A stretch of 64,000 nucleotides of DNA from Lingula anatina (Eukaryota; Animalia; Brachiopoda): positions 2,604,001 to 2,668,000 of the forward strand of contig JBPQGU010000016.1 in NCBI GenBank assembly GCA_051362555.1, in the 5' to 3' direction. Position numbers and translations under genes: made by a program. Under the pieces are notes generated by a model, which had not been told where the DNA came from, ran no database searches, and saw only the letters and a list, made by a program, of their open reading frames with translations. Positions 1-9,508 of this stretch are shown piece after piece. Within the stretch, counting starts at the first letter, position 1, and the number at the start of each line of letters is the position of its first letter.

Positions 1-2
1 TT

Positions 3-398
3 CAACTTTCAATTGAAACTAAATTTCAACATATTTTTGGTGAAGAATTATTCTATTTTTACAATTTTAAAAGACCGCTTCCATTACTTGAAAGAACAAA
101 TCTTTTAAAGCAATTAATTTCTAATAATGCTTTTGAAATTGTTAAAACACAAACTAATCAAAATTTTAAAATAGAATTAGAAAATTTAACATATGGAAAT
201 ATAAACATTCCATGACAAACAAAACGTTTAGGTGAAGATGATATTGTTGAAGCATTTGAAAATGCAATTTTTCCAATGTTTAATCGCATATTTTCAAAAG
301 CATTTACACGTTGATATGATTTAGGTCCTACTGATTATTCAGATGCACAATTAAATTTAAAATCAGAATTAGAAAAAATAAAAAAACCCACTAAATAA
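3..398 (+). CDS. Hypothetical protein, 3' partial
   Basis: Open frame in code 4 from the window edge (QLSIETKFQH...) to TAA 396-398; ends in a terminator. Confidence 0.75.
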
Positions 399-410
399 GT
401 GGGTTTTTTT
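381..410. terminator. Bidirectional intrinsic terminator
   Basis: AAAAAACCCAC-taaataa-GTGGGTTTTTTT between convergent genes. Confidence 0.85.
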
Positions 411-415
411 AACTA

Positions 416-437
416 TAATTTAATACTATACCAAAAA
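416..437. repeat. 22-bp direct repeat, copy 1 (TAATTTAATACTATACCAAAAA)
   Basis: Identical to 6299-6320. Confidence 0.85.
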
Positions 438-493
438 TTTTCAATAAAAATATAATATTAAAAATACTCTTAAATAAATTATATACTATAATT

Positions 494-970
494 TTATGAT
501 GGAAAGAAAAATTCTTCTAAGTTTAAATCTTTTTCAGATAAACCTATTTTTTCAATTTTTTCAATTTTTTCTAAATATTCATCAAATTTTTCAGGAATAC
601 CGTTTCTTGAAATAAAACTATTATATTTTTTTTCGTATTCTATTTCATCTGTTTGTTTAACATCATGAGCTTTTTTTATAAATGGTTTTATCAATGCTGC
701 TAAAACTATTTGAACAAATCCAGAAATTACAAACATGATTCAAGCACATTCTTCGCCATCAATTTTAATTTGTGATTTTCATTCATCTTTTGCAGATAAA
801 ATTATTCCAATTAAAAATAATGCTAATGAACAAAAAGTTAAAAATCAATATAATAATTGAAATATACGTCTTATTCATGTAATTTTTGATCAACAAGTTG
901 CAATATAATTAATTGTTGTATCATCTATTTTTAGATTTAATTTTTTATTGTTTATTTCGTTATTAAACAT
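494..970 (-). CDS. 2-TM membrane protein (158 aa) with scaffold-like C-terminal segment
   Basis: ATG at 970 after AGAAAGGC RBS; TGA read as Trp; two hydrophobic helices; C-terminus matches the 5313-5759 product. Confidence 0.8.
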
Positions 971-1047
971 TATTTGCCTTTCTTTTTTTTATTATAACTT
1001 TTTATATTTGATATCTATTTTCTCTACTATCACTTTTATGTTGTTTC

Positions 1048-4000
1048 TTAACGTTTTTTTCTTTCATTAACTAATTCTCTTATACCACTTGGACTACCCC
1101 TGCTACTATCTCTATCTGTGAAAGAACCAATTGCTCTAAACATTTTATCTTTTAAATCTTGGACTTTTTGATGTCAAGTAAGAGATTTATGTAAACTTTG
1201 TCCTCTTGAAGTTAAACCATCAATTCAGGCAGCAATTTTTTCATTTGTATTATAAGTTCTAACTAGATTTTGTATTGTAGCATCATTAAAACTAAAATCA
1301 TCTCTAACAACCATATCATCTATCATTTCATTAGCAGATAATATTGTTTCATCTGCTGATATTGGTTCTGGTCCAAAATGGTGAATTAATCTAAATGTTA
1401 TTCTTGTTCCATTAGCTGGTTTAATCACTTGTGTATAAGATTTATTTAAATCATAAGTATCAGCTAATGTAGATTTTACAAATACAACTTTTAAAAACTT
1501 AATTAATCTACCCATATGTTCCCAAGAACTTTCTTGATTTTCTCTTACATTAATATTTAATATTGAGTTTGAAGTAGTTATTCCATAATCACCTTTCATT
1601 TTAATACCTCTTGATGAATATATTTGTCCTGGATAAATTGCTGTTGTTTTTGTACTTAAATATGTTTTTGCTACTGAGCTATTTGTTTCTATTTCTGTTG
1701 TAAAACATCTTTTTCTATAAGTTCTATCTTGTTGTGTTTTAAAGAAATGTAATAAAGTAAAACAATTTTCAAGTCTTGGTGTAGCAGTAAATGTATATCT
1801 AGCGGTAGGACCTGGTTCAGCATTTAATAAATTAAATGAGTTTCAATTATAACAAGTAAAGGGAACAGTAAATCCTTCTTCCATTCTATTTCATAACATA
1901 TTATCAGTTGCATTTGTATCATTTGTAAATATTAAACCAGCAACAGCTAAAAATTTATCTTCTTGTATTAAATTGTTTTCTGCTTTTGATAATATGAAAT
2001 CAAAATCTACTTTTCAATTAGAGTTATTAATTTTTGAATTATCTTGGAATGTTAGTATTAAAAAATTGTCAGTAGTATGTCATACTGTAATTGCTTCTTT
2101 TGTATTATTTTCAACTAATTTAGGAATACCTTCACTTCATTCAACAACAAAAGTTGGTTCTTCTCCACCAGCATCACCTTTATCACCTTTATCACCTTTA
2201 GGTCCTGCTGGTCCTGCTGGTCCTATTTGTCTATCAGCTCATCTAACATCTTTAACTTTTATATTATCTTTAAACTTAACATCATTTAAACTAATACCAC
2301 CACCCGTTGGCCTTAAATTAGCAATTGTATTTTCAATATTATCAATTTTTTCTTTTAACGGGTCAAACTCATCTGTTTTTATTGTGGTAAGTGCATTTTG
2401 AACTGATGTTCTTGTTCTAGTTATAATATCATCTAATGTTCTTTTATTTATACCATCACTAGGTAATAATGGGTCTCCAACAGAAATTATTCTATTATTT
2501 CTTAATGATATAGGTTTATGAAAACCTGTATAAGTTCCTGCCAAGAACATATTTTCAGTTCCAGCTACTTTTAATGATGCTTCATTATCACTATTTACTT
2601 CAACATCAAAATTACCTCATTTACTATCACCTGCTGGTCCTTGTTCTCCTCTTTGTCCGTGTGCACCTTGTGGTCCTATTGGTCCTCTTGGTCCTGTATC
2701 TCCTTTATCACCTTTAGGTCCTTGTGGTCCTGCTGGTCCTCTTGGTCCTATTCCACTACCGCCACTACTTGGTAAATTAGCAATAGCATTATCTAATTGC
2801 CTTTTGTTTATAGCATCTTTTGGTGCTGTTCCATCAGCAACATCCACTATTTTATTATTTTCTAAATCTAATGTTTTTCCACTAAATAAAAAAAGCTTAT
2901 TATCTGTAAATTGTAAATATTTATTAATTAATGGTGATGGTTGTTTTCTTTCTAAAATACCTATATTAACAACTTTTTTACCACCTCTACTAATAAATTG
3001 TTTTATATATATATCACCAACTTTTGTTCCGCCAGCAAATGTAGCATCACCACCTGAACCTCCACCACTAGGTAAATTATCTAAACGATTTTTATTATCA
3101 ATAATTCCTGCTGTATTAGCATTAACTCTTTCTTTTAATGGATCAAGTTCCTCTGTTTTTATTCTTGTAAGTGTAGTTTGTGTTGCTTCTTGTGTACTAG
3201 TTATATTTCTAGTATTTTGTGATACTTGATTTCTTAATGCATTTGTTGCTTGTTCTATATTATCTACATTTTGATTTGTTGTATCTAAATTAGAACTTAA
3301 TTGATTTATTTGAGTTCTAGCTGTTGTAATATTTGACCTGTTATTTCTAATATTTGTTGCATTTTCAAAAGTTTTGTTTTCTGTAAGTGTAATGTGTCCT
3401 GTTAAACTATCTACATCATCTCTAAGGTCTTTATTAATCTCGTATTGATTAGGTCCACCCTCTTCTTGATTATTAGTAGCTAATAATTCATTTGTTTTAC
3501 TTGCACCACCAACACTACTACCTGTTCCTGGATCACCTTTGTCACCTTTAGGTCCTCTAGCGTTTTCTTTTATAAAATTTTTAAAATCATTAGAACTTAA
3601 AAGCTTTGAAACCAATACACCAGCTGTTGCTGGATATTGATCAATAAATAAATCAAGAAAAGTAGCTCTTACAGCTTTAAAAAATTTATCATCATATTCT
3701 AATTGAATTTCTCTTTTTTTAATAACTTGATTTAAAAAAAAAATTGAAACTTGTTCTAGTTCAGAAATTACTGGAACAGAGTATTCAAACTTTAAAAATT
3801 GATTAACATCATTAACAGATATTGGGATTACTGAATAATTTTTATTAGTTCCAAAAGAATCATTTCCTTTTTCAAAAATAAATTTAATTAGTAAACAAAT
3901 TGCATTTCTTAGATGTAATTTGTCATTATTAGATAATGAATTTCATTTAGATTCTTCAGATAATTGATAATCATTTAAATCCCTGTTGATTTTCATCACA

Positions 4001-4206
4001 GCAATTGTAAAATATTCTTGCAAGTATTCATTTGTAACATCTTTAATTGTTGGATCTAAAAATGTTAAATGAAGTTCTTTTGTAAAATATTGATAAACAT
4101 CATTATTATTCCTAATTTGTGGATTAGGAATTTTTTGTCCTGGATTTTTAGGATCATCAATTTCAAGTACTAAATTTTTATAATTTTTAAAAATATATTC
4201 AAACAT
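1048..4206 (-). CDS. Putative trimeric virion fibre/adhesin (1052 aa): collagen GXY tracts, coiled coil, two YadA-stalk-like motifs
   Basis: Four track ORFs share one frame and are joined through TGA (gaps checked for TAA/TAG); [17 protein letters not shown] tracts; [20 protein letters not shown] motif; directly downstream of the capsid-like gene. Confidence 0.8.
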
Positions 4207-4230
4207 AATTGATATTTAAAAAAATTAAAA

Positions 4231-5310
4231 TTATGTATATTGAAAAGGTCTTCTTGTTCCAATTTTAATTCTTTTAATAAATTTTAAAGCTACTTGACCA
4301 CTTGCTGAAACAAATTTGTCCCCTGATATCGGATCATGTGTATCAGGATCTGTATCTGTTCAAACTTCTTGAAAACCAACCACAGTTGTTGCAGAATTTA
4401 TATATTTTCCATCATTTTTAACTAAAATTACAGCATGAATATCTGAAAAATCAAATGATTCAGTATCATGTAAAATTCCAGCTGGATAATTGTTACCAAG
4501 TAAATTATCTTCATAAATTGTAATTCCATTAACTTTTACAGCGGCTCTATTTTCTAGAATTTGTTGTACACTATGACCAAATCTACCTAAAGCAAATGTT
4601 ATTTTTAAAAATGTAATTGGTGAAACAAATATTATGATTTTTTCTTTTTCAATTCCATCAGTAAATTGATCTATTAAATTTGTTATAGATAATGTTTGTT
4701 TTAATAAATCATTTAATATTTTTCCATTTTCATCTGAATGTGGATATGTGGTATCATTAGAACTATCAAAATTAAATGATGGATTATATTGATTAATATT
4801 TCCAGCAGCAGGTGTTGTTTTAGCTAATAATTTTCAAGATGTCTTTGAAGCCGTTGGAACTTCTCACTCTTTTGAATTTGCAGTATCAATTACTGTTTTA
4901 AAAAATCTTGCAGCAATTAATTTAGTTTTTTGAGCAGCTAAACTTGACATTACAACTCCTCTTAAATCCCCTGTTTTAGTGAACAATGCTGCATCTGCTG
5001 AATCTGTTGTGAATACAACTTTATCGTAATTTTCCATGAAAATATTTACATCTTCAGTTTTTAATTTTTGTCTTTCTGTAGTTGAACCAACAGTTTTATA
5101 TTGCAATTTATATGCAATCTTTTTTTGTACTGTTGCTCCTTTGTTAACTTCTTCAATTTGAATAAAACCTGCATGAAATAAACCTGATACTTTATTTAAA
5201 ATACGTGAAATGTCTTCATACATTAATGTACCAGCTATTTTATTACCTTGTCCATCTTCAATAGATAAAGTTCTAGCTAATTTTTGTGTAGTTGTTGAAA
5301 TACTTGCCAT
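4231..5310 (-). CDS. Putative major capsid protein (359 aa)
   Basis: Read through TGA to TAA 4231; size and position after the scaffold-like gene; GIEKEKIIIFVSP...VNGITIYEDNLL recalls HK97-fold capsid motifs. Confidence 0.6.
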
Positions 5311-5312
5311 TG

Positions 5313-5759
5313 TTAATTATTTTCTCCTTGATCAAAAACAACTCTTGGTTGTTTTTTTGGTGTTTTATCAATTTTAATTTGTTTTTCTTTAGAAAATGAT
5401 GGAATTGAACTTTCCATTGTTTCTTCTTTTTCTGTTTCAATTTTATTATTTTTTAATGGTTTTTCATTAAAAAATGAAGATAAATTTAAATCATTTATAT
5501 CTAAACCAGCTGATTTTGCTTTATCTATTTTTTGAATGTATTCATTAAATTTATCTTTTTTACCACCATCTAAAATAAATTTATTTTTTTTAAATTCTAA
5601 TTTTTCATTTTGAAATGTTTTTTTTTGAAATTCAAAATCTTTTTTTTCTTTTTTTAATTTTTCTATTGTTTCTTTTGTTTCTTCTTGAAGTTTTTTAAAT
5701 TCTTCTTTTTCTTTTAAAAAGTTTAAATATTCATTTGTTTTGTTAAAATCATTTTCCAT
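5313..5759 (-). CDS. Putative capsid scaffolding protein (148 aa)
   Basis: K/E-rich coiled coil immediately upstream of the capsid-like gene. Confidence 0.55.
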   Translation of the reverse strand: MENDFNKTNEYLNFLKEKEEFKKLQEETKETIEKLKKEKKDFEFQKKTFQNEKLEFKKNKFILDGGKKDKFNEYIQKIDKAKSAGLDINDLNLSSFFNEKPLKNNKIETEKEETMESSIPSFSKEKQIKIDKTPKKQPRVVFDQGENN

Positions 5760-6298
5760 AATATAATAATGTAATAATAAAAGAGAGGAAAAAGCATTCC
5801 ATGTTTAATGTAATATATTTAAGTATAATAAATCAAAAAAAATTATTTTTTAAAAACAACAAACAAAAAATGCTTTTTTTTATTAAAAACAGTAAACAAA
5901 AAACAAACACAAAACAAGTCCTACCTATCTTACGTAAGCTGTCCGCCTACTGCTTAATTTAATTATATATTAATTTAATTTATTTTTATTTTTTTTATAA
6001 TTTAAGTTAATAATTTTTTTTAAAGCTTTTTTAGAAGTGTTGGGAAGTTATTATTATTATAAAAAAAATATAGCTTTCCCACTACTATTACCAGAATAGT
6101 ATATATATACATATATATTAAGAAATATATAATATATAGAAAAATATGTCAAAAATCAATTTATTATAAAAAATTTATATTGTTAAATTTTTTTATATAT
6201 CGCTATTCTGTATAATGAGCAGCGGGTTTTGCCAACTTTTTTATAATAATTAAATTTATTATATTATTTAAATTAAATAATTACAAGAAAAAATATTC

Positions 6299-6320
6299 TA
6301 ATTTAATACTATACCAAAAA
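6299..6320 (-). promoter_or_regulatory. 22-bp repeat copy 2; contains an extended -10 (TG-G-TATAGT) facing the virion operon
   Basis: Minus strand reads TTTTTGGTATAGTATTAAATTA. Confidence 0.5.
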
Positions 6321-6353
6321 CAACCAATAGCAAGTCCTTGCAAATTTATATAC

Positions 6354-6380
6354 AAAAAAAAGCAGACATTTCTGCCTGCT
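6354..6380 (-). terminator. Intrinsic terminator with GAAA tetraloop
   Basis: Minus strand AGCAGGCA-GAAA-TGTCTGCT-TTTTTTT (one G-U pair, so strand-specific). Confidence 0.8.
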
Positions 6381-6559
6381 AATGTTGTGTAAGTAACAAA
6401 AATTTTTTAAAAAAAACAAATCCAATAGTTTTAAAAAAAAATTTATTTAATTCTAGTTTTAACAATACAACTAGCAAGTCCTTACTATCTTATTATCTAT
6501 CAAAAACAAAAAATAAAAATATTTATAAAAAATATTTTAAATAAATAATAAATATATAT

Positions 6560-6623
6560 TATAATAAAAATATTAAATAAATAATATTAAATATATAATA
6601 AAAATATTAAATAAATAATATTA
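6560..6623 (+). promoter_or_regulatory. Tandem 30-bp repeat (34-bp period) with TATAAT upstream of the first RHH gene; candidate promoter/operator
   Basis: TATAATAAAAATATTAAATAAATAATATTA at 6560 and 6594; degenerate copy near 6524. Confidence 0.5.
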
Positions 6624-6658
6624 TTTATTATAATAATAAAAATATAGAAAGGAAAAAT

Positions 6659-6811
6659 ATGAAAGTAACAATAACAGCCAGAGTTGAACATGACTTATGA
6701 AAAAAAATTCAAAAGTTATGTTTTAAAAAAGGAATTACATTTTCAAGTTTTGTAAATGATTCAATAAAAATGCATTTTGAAAATGAAAAATTAATTAGTA
6801 AAAAAAATTAA
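6659..6811 (+). CDS. Ribbon-helix-helix (CopG/Arc-like) DNA-binding protein (50 aa)
   Basis: MKVTITARVEHDLWKKIQKLCFKKGITFSSFVNDSIKMHF; RBS TAGAAAGGAA. Confidence 0.75.
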
Positions 6812-6836
6812 ATAAAAAAAGAAAGAAAACACAAAA

Positions 6837-7010
6837 ATGGAATATTATAAAAATCAAAAAATAGTTAAAAAATATTTGAATTGTTTTGAATTAGAAAATG
6901 GTGAAATTATTAAATGTAATAATGGAATATGTTTAATATGTAAAAACATTAACTATTTTATGGATGATAAAAAAATAGTTAGTTGTAATTGTTTTAAAAA
7001 TCAAAAATAG
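6837..7010 (+). CDS. Small Cys-rich protein (57 aa)
   Basis: ...KCNNGICLICK...SCNCF; ATG to TAG. Confidence 0.65.
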   Translation: MEYYKNQKIVKKYLNCFELENGEIIKCNNGICLICKNINYFMDDKKIVSCNCFKNQK

Positions 7011-7025
7011 AAAGGAAAAAAACAA

Positions 7026-7145
7026 ATGACATATTGTAAAAATTGTGAAAAAAATGTAGATGCTTACCACATTCAATGTGAGTGTATGTATCCATCTTGT
7101 AAATATAATATTTGCACTGAATGTAAAAAAATAATTGTTGATTAA
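7026..7145 (+). CDS. Small zinc-finger protein (39 aa)
   Basis: MTYCKNCEKNVDAYHIQCECMYPSCKYNICTECKKIIVD; RBS. Confidence 0.7.
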   Translation: MTYCKNCEKNVDAYHIQCECMYPSCKYNICTECKKIIVD

Positions 7146-7181
7146 GAAATAAAAACTGAAAGGAAAAAAAAATAAAAAATA

Positions 7182-7385
7182 ATGAATTTATTAGATCTAG
7201 AAAAAATAAGAGTTTGCAGAGTTTGTAAAATTAGAGAAAGTAATCAAAATTTAAAAAAAATAATTGTTTCTAATGTTTGAAGAATGAAAAACAGTTATTT
7301 ATATGATGAATGATTTGTATGTAGAAAATGTTTAAGAATAAAATTTAAAAAAGATAATTTACAAAGTTATTCATATTTAAAATAG
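7182..7385 (+). CDS. Small CxxC...CxxC zinc-finger protein (67 aa)
   Basis: VCRVC...FVCRKC in code 4. Confidence 0.7.
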
Positions 7386-7398
7386 AAAGGAATAAATA

Positions 7399-7725
7399 AT
7401 GGAATTGAAATATAGAGCTTGTTGTGAATGTTTTGAAGTTATAAGTTCAGGAAAGTATTATTTAACAGCTGAAAGTTTTGGAAGATATACAAGATGTTTT
7501 AAATGTCATTATAAAAAGAATAGGATAAAAAAAATGAAAATTGAAGAAAAAATGAAATGTTATAGTTGCTTAAAAATGTTTAATTCTAAAGAACTTAAAC
7601 ATATTTATGTTAATGAATGACCAAATCAATTAGATAATGCATATGTTTGTACTGCATGTTTTAAAAGCAATATTAAAAAAGATTTTATAGTATATGAAAA
7701 GATTAAATGAAAGGATATTAAATAA
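7399..7725 (+). CDS. Double zinc-finger protein (108 aa)
   Basis: CCEC/CFKC and CYSC/CTAC; extended through TGA. Confidence 0.75.
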
Positions 7726-7844
7726 TGGGAAAAGTAAACTTAGTAATAGAAATATTAAAAGAGTTAAAAAAAATAAATAAAAATTTACAAGAAATAAATG
7801 ATACTTTAATGACTGGGTTGGACGTTATAGATGTAACAGATTAA
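7725..7844 (+). CDS. Small helical hypothetical protein (39 aa)
   Basis: TAATG overlap, GAAAGGA RBS. Confidence 0.6.
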   Translation: MGKVNLVIEILKELKKINKNLQEINDTLMTGLDVIDVTD

Positions 7845-7866
7845 ATAGATTAAGGAGTGTATAAAT

Positions 7867-8220
7867 ATGAAAATAATAAAAACAAAAGAATTTAAACTAA
7901 CAAAAGAAGAAATTAAAGAATTTGAAAAAGATCAAAAAAAATATGATAGACATTATTATTTTAAATGTTTAGGATGTAACAAAAGATACAACAATTTAAG
8001 AAACGATACAATTCAAAGCCAATATTGTTCTTTGGTTTGTAAAATAGAATATTTTGACAAAAATGAAAAGTTGTCAAAAGAAAACCCTAAAGCATGAAAA
8101 AAGAAATTAGGTCTTAAAGATCTAGATGAAAGATTTTGAAATTTAAAACAAAAACACCAACAAAAACTAGATAAAACAATAGAAAAATTAAAAAAAGATA
8201 CAGAAGGGAATAAAAATTAA
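7867..8220 (+). CDS. Zinc-finger protein (117 aa)
   Basis: CLGC...YCSLVC; AAGGAG RBS; extended through TGA. Confidence 0.75.
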
Positions 8221-8476
8221 AGCTATAAATGAAATAACAAAACTTAATTTAGATTGTAATTGTTATCCATGTTTTAGAGTAAAAAAAGGTGATATATCTT
8301 GTCAAGAAACTGCAAAATTTTTAATAATAGATAAAGAAAATAAATTTAATCAAAAGTTTTTATGTACAACATGTTTAAAAGAAAGAATTGATGATTTAGA
8401 ATTTAAAAAAAATAAATTAGATGATGAAATTACACTTTTTAAAAATATGTTAAAGGAATTCAAAGAAAAAAAATAA
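8216..8476 (+). CDS. Cys-rich protein (~86 aa), apparent non-ATG (ATT) start
   Basis: Open frame ...DCNCYPC...SC...LCTTC to TAA overlapping the next ATG; AGAAGGGA RBS upstream of ATT. Confidence 0.55.
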   Translation: MKAINEITKLNLDCNCYPCFRVKKGDISCQETAKFLIIDKENKFNQKFLCTTCLKERIDDLEFKKNKLDDEITLFKNMLKEFKEKK

Positions 8477-8895
8477 TGGAAAATATAAAAATAATTAAAA
8501 ATTTAATATGTAAAAATTGTAAAAAAAAAGATTATCAATTTAATGGACAAAAAGTTTATATGAATAAAAGAACTAATGAAATTTTATGTTCATCATGTTT
8601 TGCAAAAAGACATATTGGTAAAGATCAAGTTGATATTGTTCAACTTAAATTTCCAGATGCAATTCAAAGAATTATAGACTTAGAAAAAAAACTTGAATTT
8701 TTAAAAGGTAAAAATTTTTTAATTAATAAAATGTTGAAATTTATTGCATTAAAACCAAGTTATACTTCAGAAGAAATAACTAAAGAATTATTAAAAACTT
8801 CATTTGGAATTAATGAAGAAATTATACAAACAGAAAAAGAAATAGAAACAAAAGTAAATGAAGATATCAAAAATAGGGAGATATTAAATGATTAA
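8476..8895 (+). CDS. Zinc-finger plus helical protein (139 aa)
   Basis: CKNC...LCSSC. Confidence 0.75.
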   Translation: MENIKIIKNLICKNCKKKDYQFNGQKVYMNKRTNEILCSSCFAKRHIGKDQVDIVQLKFPDAIQRIIDLEKKLEFLKGKNFLINKMLKFIALKPSYTSEEITKELLKTSFGINEEIIQTEKEIETKVNEDIKNREILND

Positions 8896-9061
8896 AACAA
8901 ATACTATTAAATATTGTATGAATTGTAACCGTTTAACTATTTGATCTATTCTTAAAGATATAAATATAAAAAAAATTGGAAAAAAAGATTTGTTCTATTG
9001 TGATTTTTGTTTTGGTGATAAAAAAGGAGTAGATATAAGAAATTATTCTTGAATGAAATAA
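8888..9061 (+). CDS. Small zinc-ribbon protein (57 aa)
   Basis: YCMNC...YCDFC; AGGGAG RBS. Confidence 0.7.
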
Positions 9062-9234
9062 TGAATTATAAATCAATACTATATGCTTTAGAAAAATGTA
9101 ATGAATGTGAAGATCCACGTTCAAATTTAAAATGTGAATATGGATGTGGTTGATGTTTCCTCCATTGCATTGGACATTATACAAAAGATGGAAAAATTGT
9201 TTTTTCTAAAAAATATCAAAAAAATATAAAATAA
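9061..9234 (+). CDS. Small Cys/His-rich protein (57 aa)
   Basis: CNEC...CEYGCGWCFLHC..H; TAATG overlap. Confidence 0.7.
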
Positions 9235-9241
9235 AAATATC

Positions 9242-9431
9242 GGGGTTGGTTGATTGTTTTTATTGTATTATTATTTCATTTCTCATAATTACATTTTCCA
9301 ACCCCAAAATAAAAATATAAAATAAAAAATAAATATGGTAAGTTTTTATTTCTTACCACTAAATACCATTCATACCGCAACCATTGTTAAAATAATGTAT
9401 TATCTTATTCTTTTTATTTCTTGGTTGCGGT
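9242..9431. other. Three consecutive GC-rich inverted repeats in an intergenic region
   Basis: GGGGTTGG/CCAACCCC (9242-9305), TGGTAAG/CTTACCA (9336-9358), ACCGCAACCA/TGGTTGCGGT (9374-9431). Confidence 0.8.
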
Positions 9432-9508
9432 TGTTTTTTAAATAAAAAAAATAATATTAAAATATAAAAAAAATATTATAATAAAAATTATAGAAAGGAA
9501 AAGAAAAA

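Larger units (their letters stand above)
5915..6492. repeat. Three dispersed CAAGTCCT-core direct repeats (5915, 6331, 6475)
   Basis: CAAGTCCTACCTATCTTA vs CAAGTCCTTACTATCTTA (16/18); TAGCAAGTCCTT exact at 6328 and 6472. Confidence 0.8.

Noticed and set aside
1973-3229. Plus-strand ORFs 1973-2401 and 2804-3229 (and minus-strand 10822-11163)
   Set aside because: Antisense shadows of collagen-coding sequence
6083-6101. TACTATTAC resembling a CRESS/rolling-circle nonanucleotide
   Set aside because: It lies in the stem rather than the loop, no HUH Rep is visible, and it is likely by chance in AT-rich DNA
8933-9184. Minus-strand 83-aa ORF
   Set aside because: Antisense to two RBS-bearing or coupled Zn-finger genes
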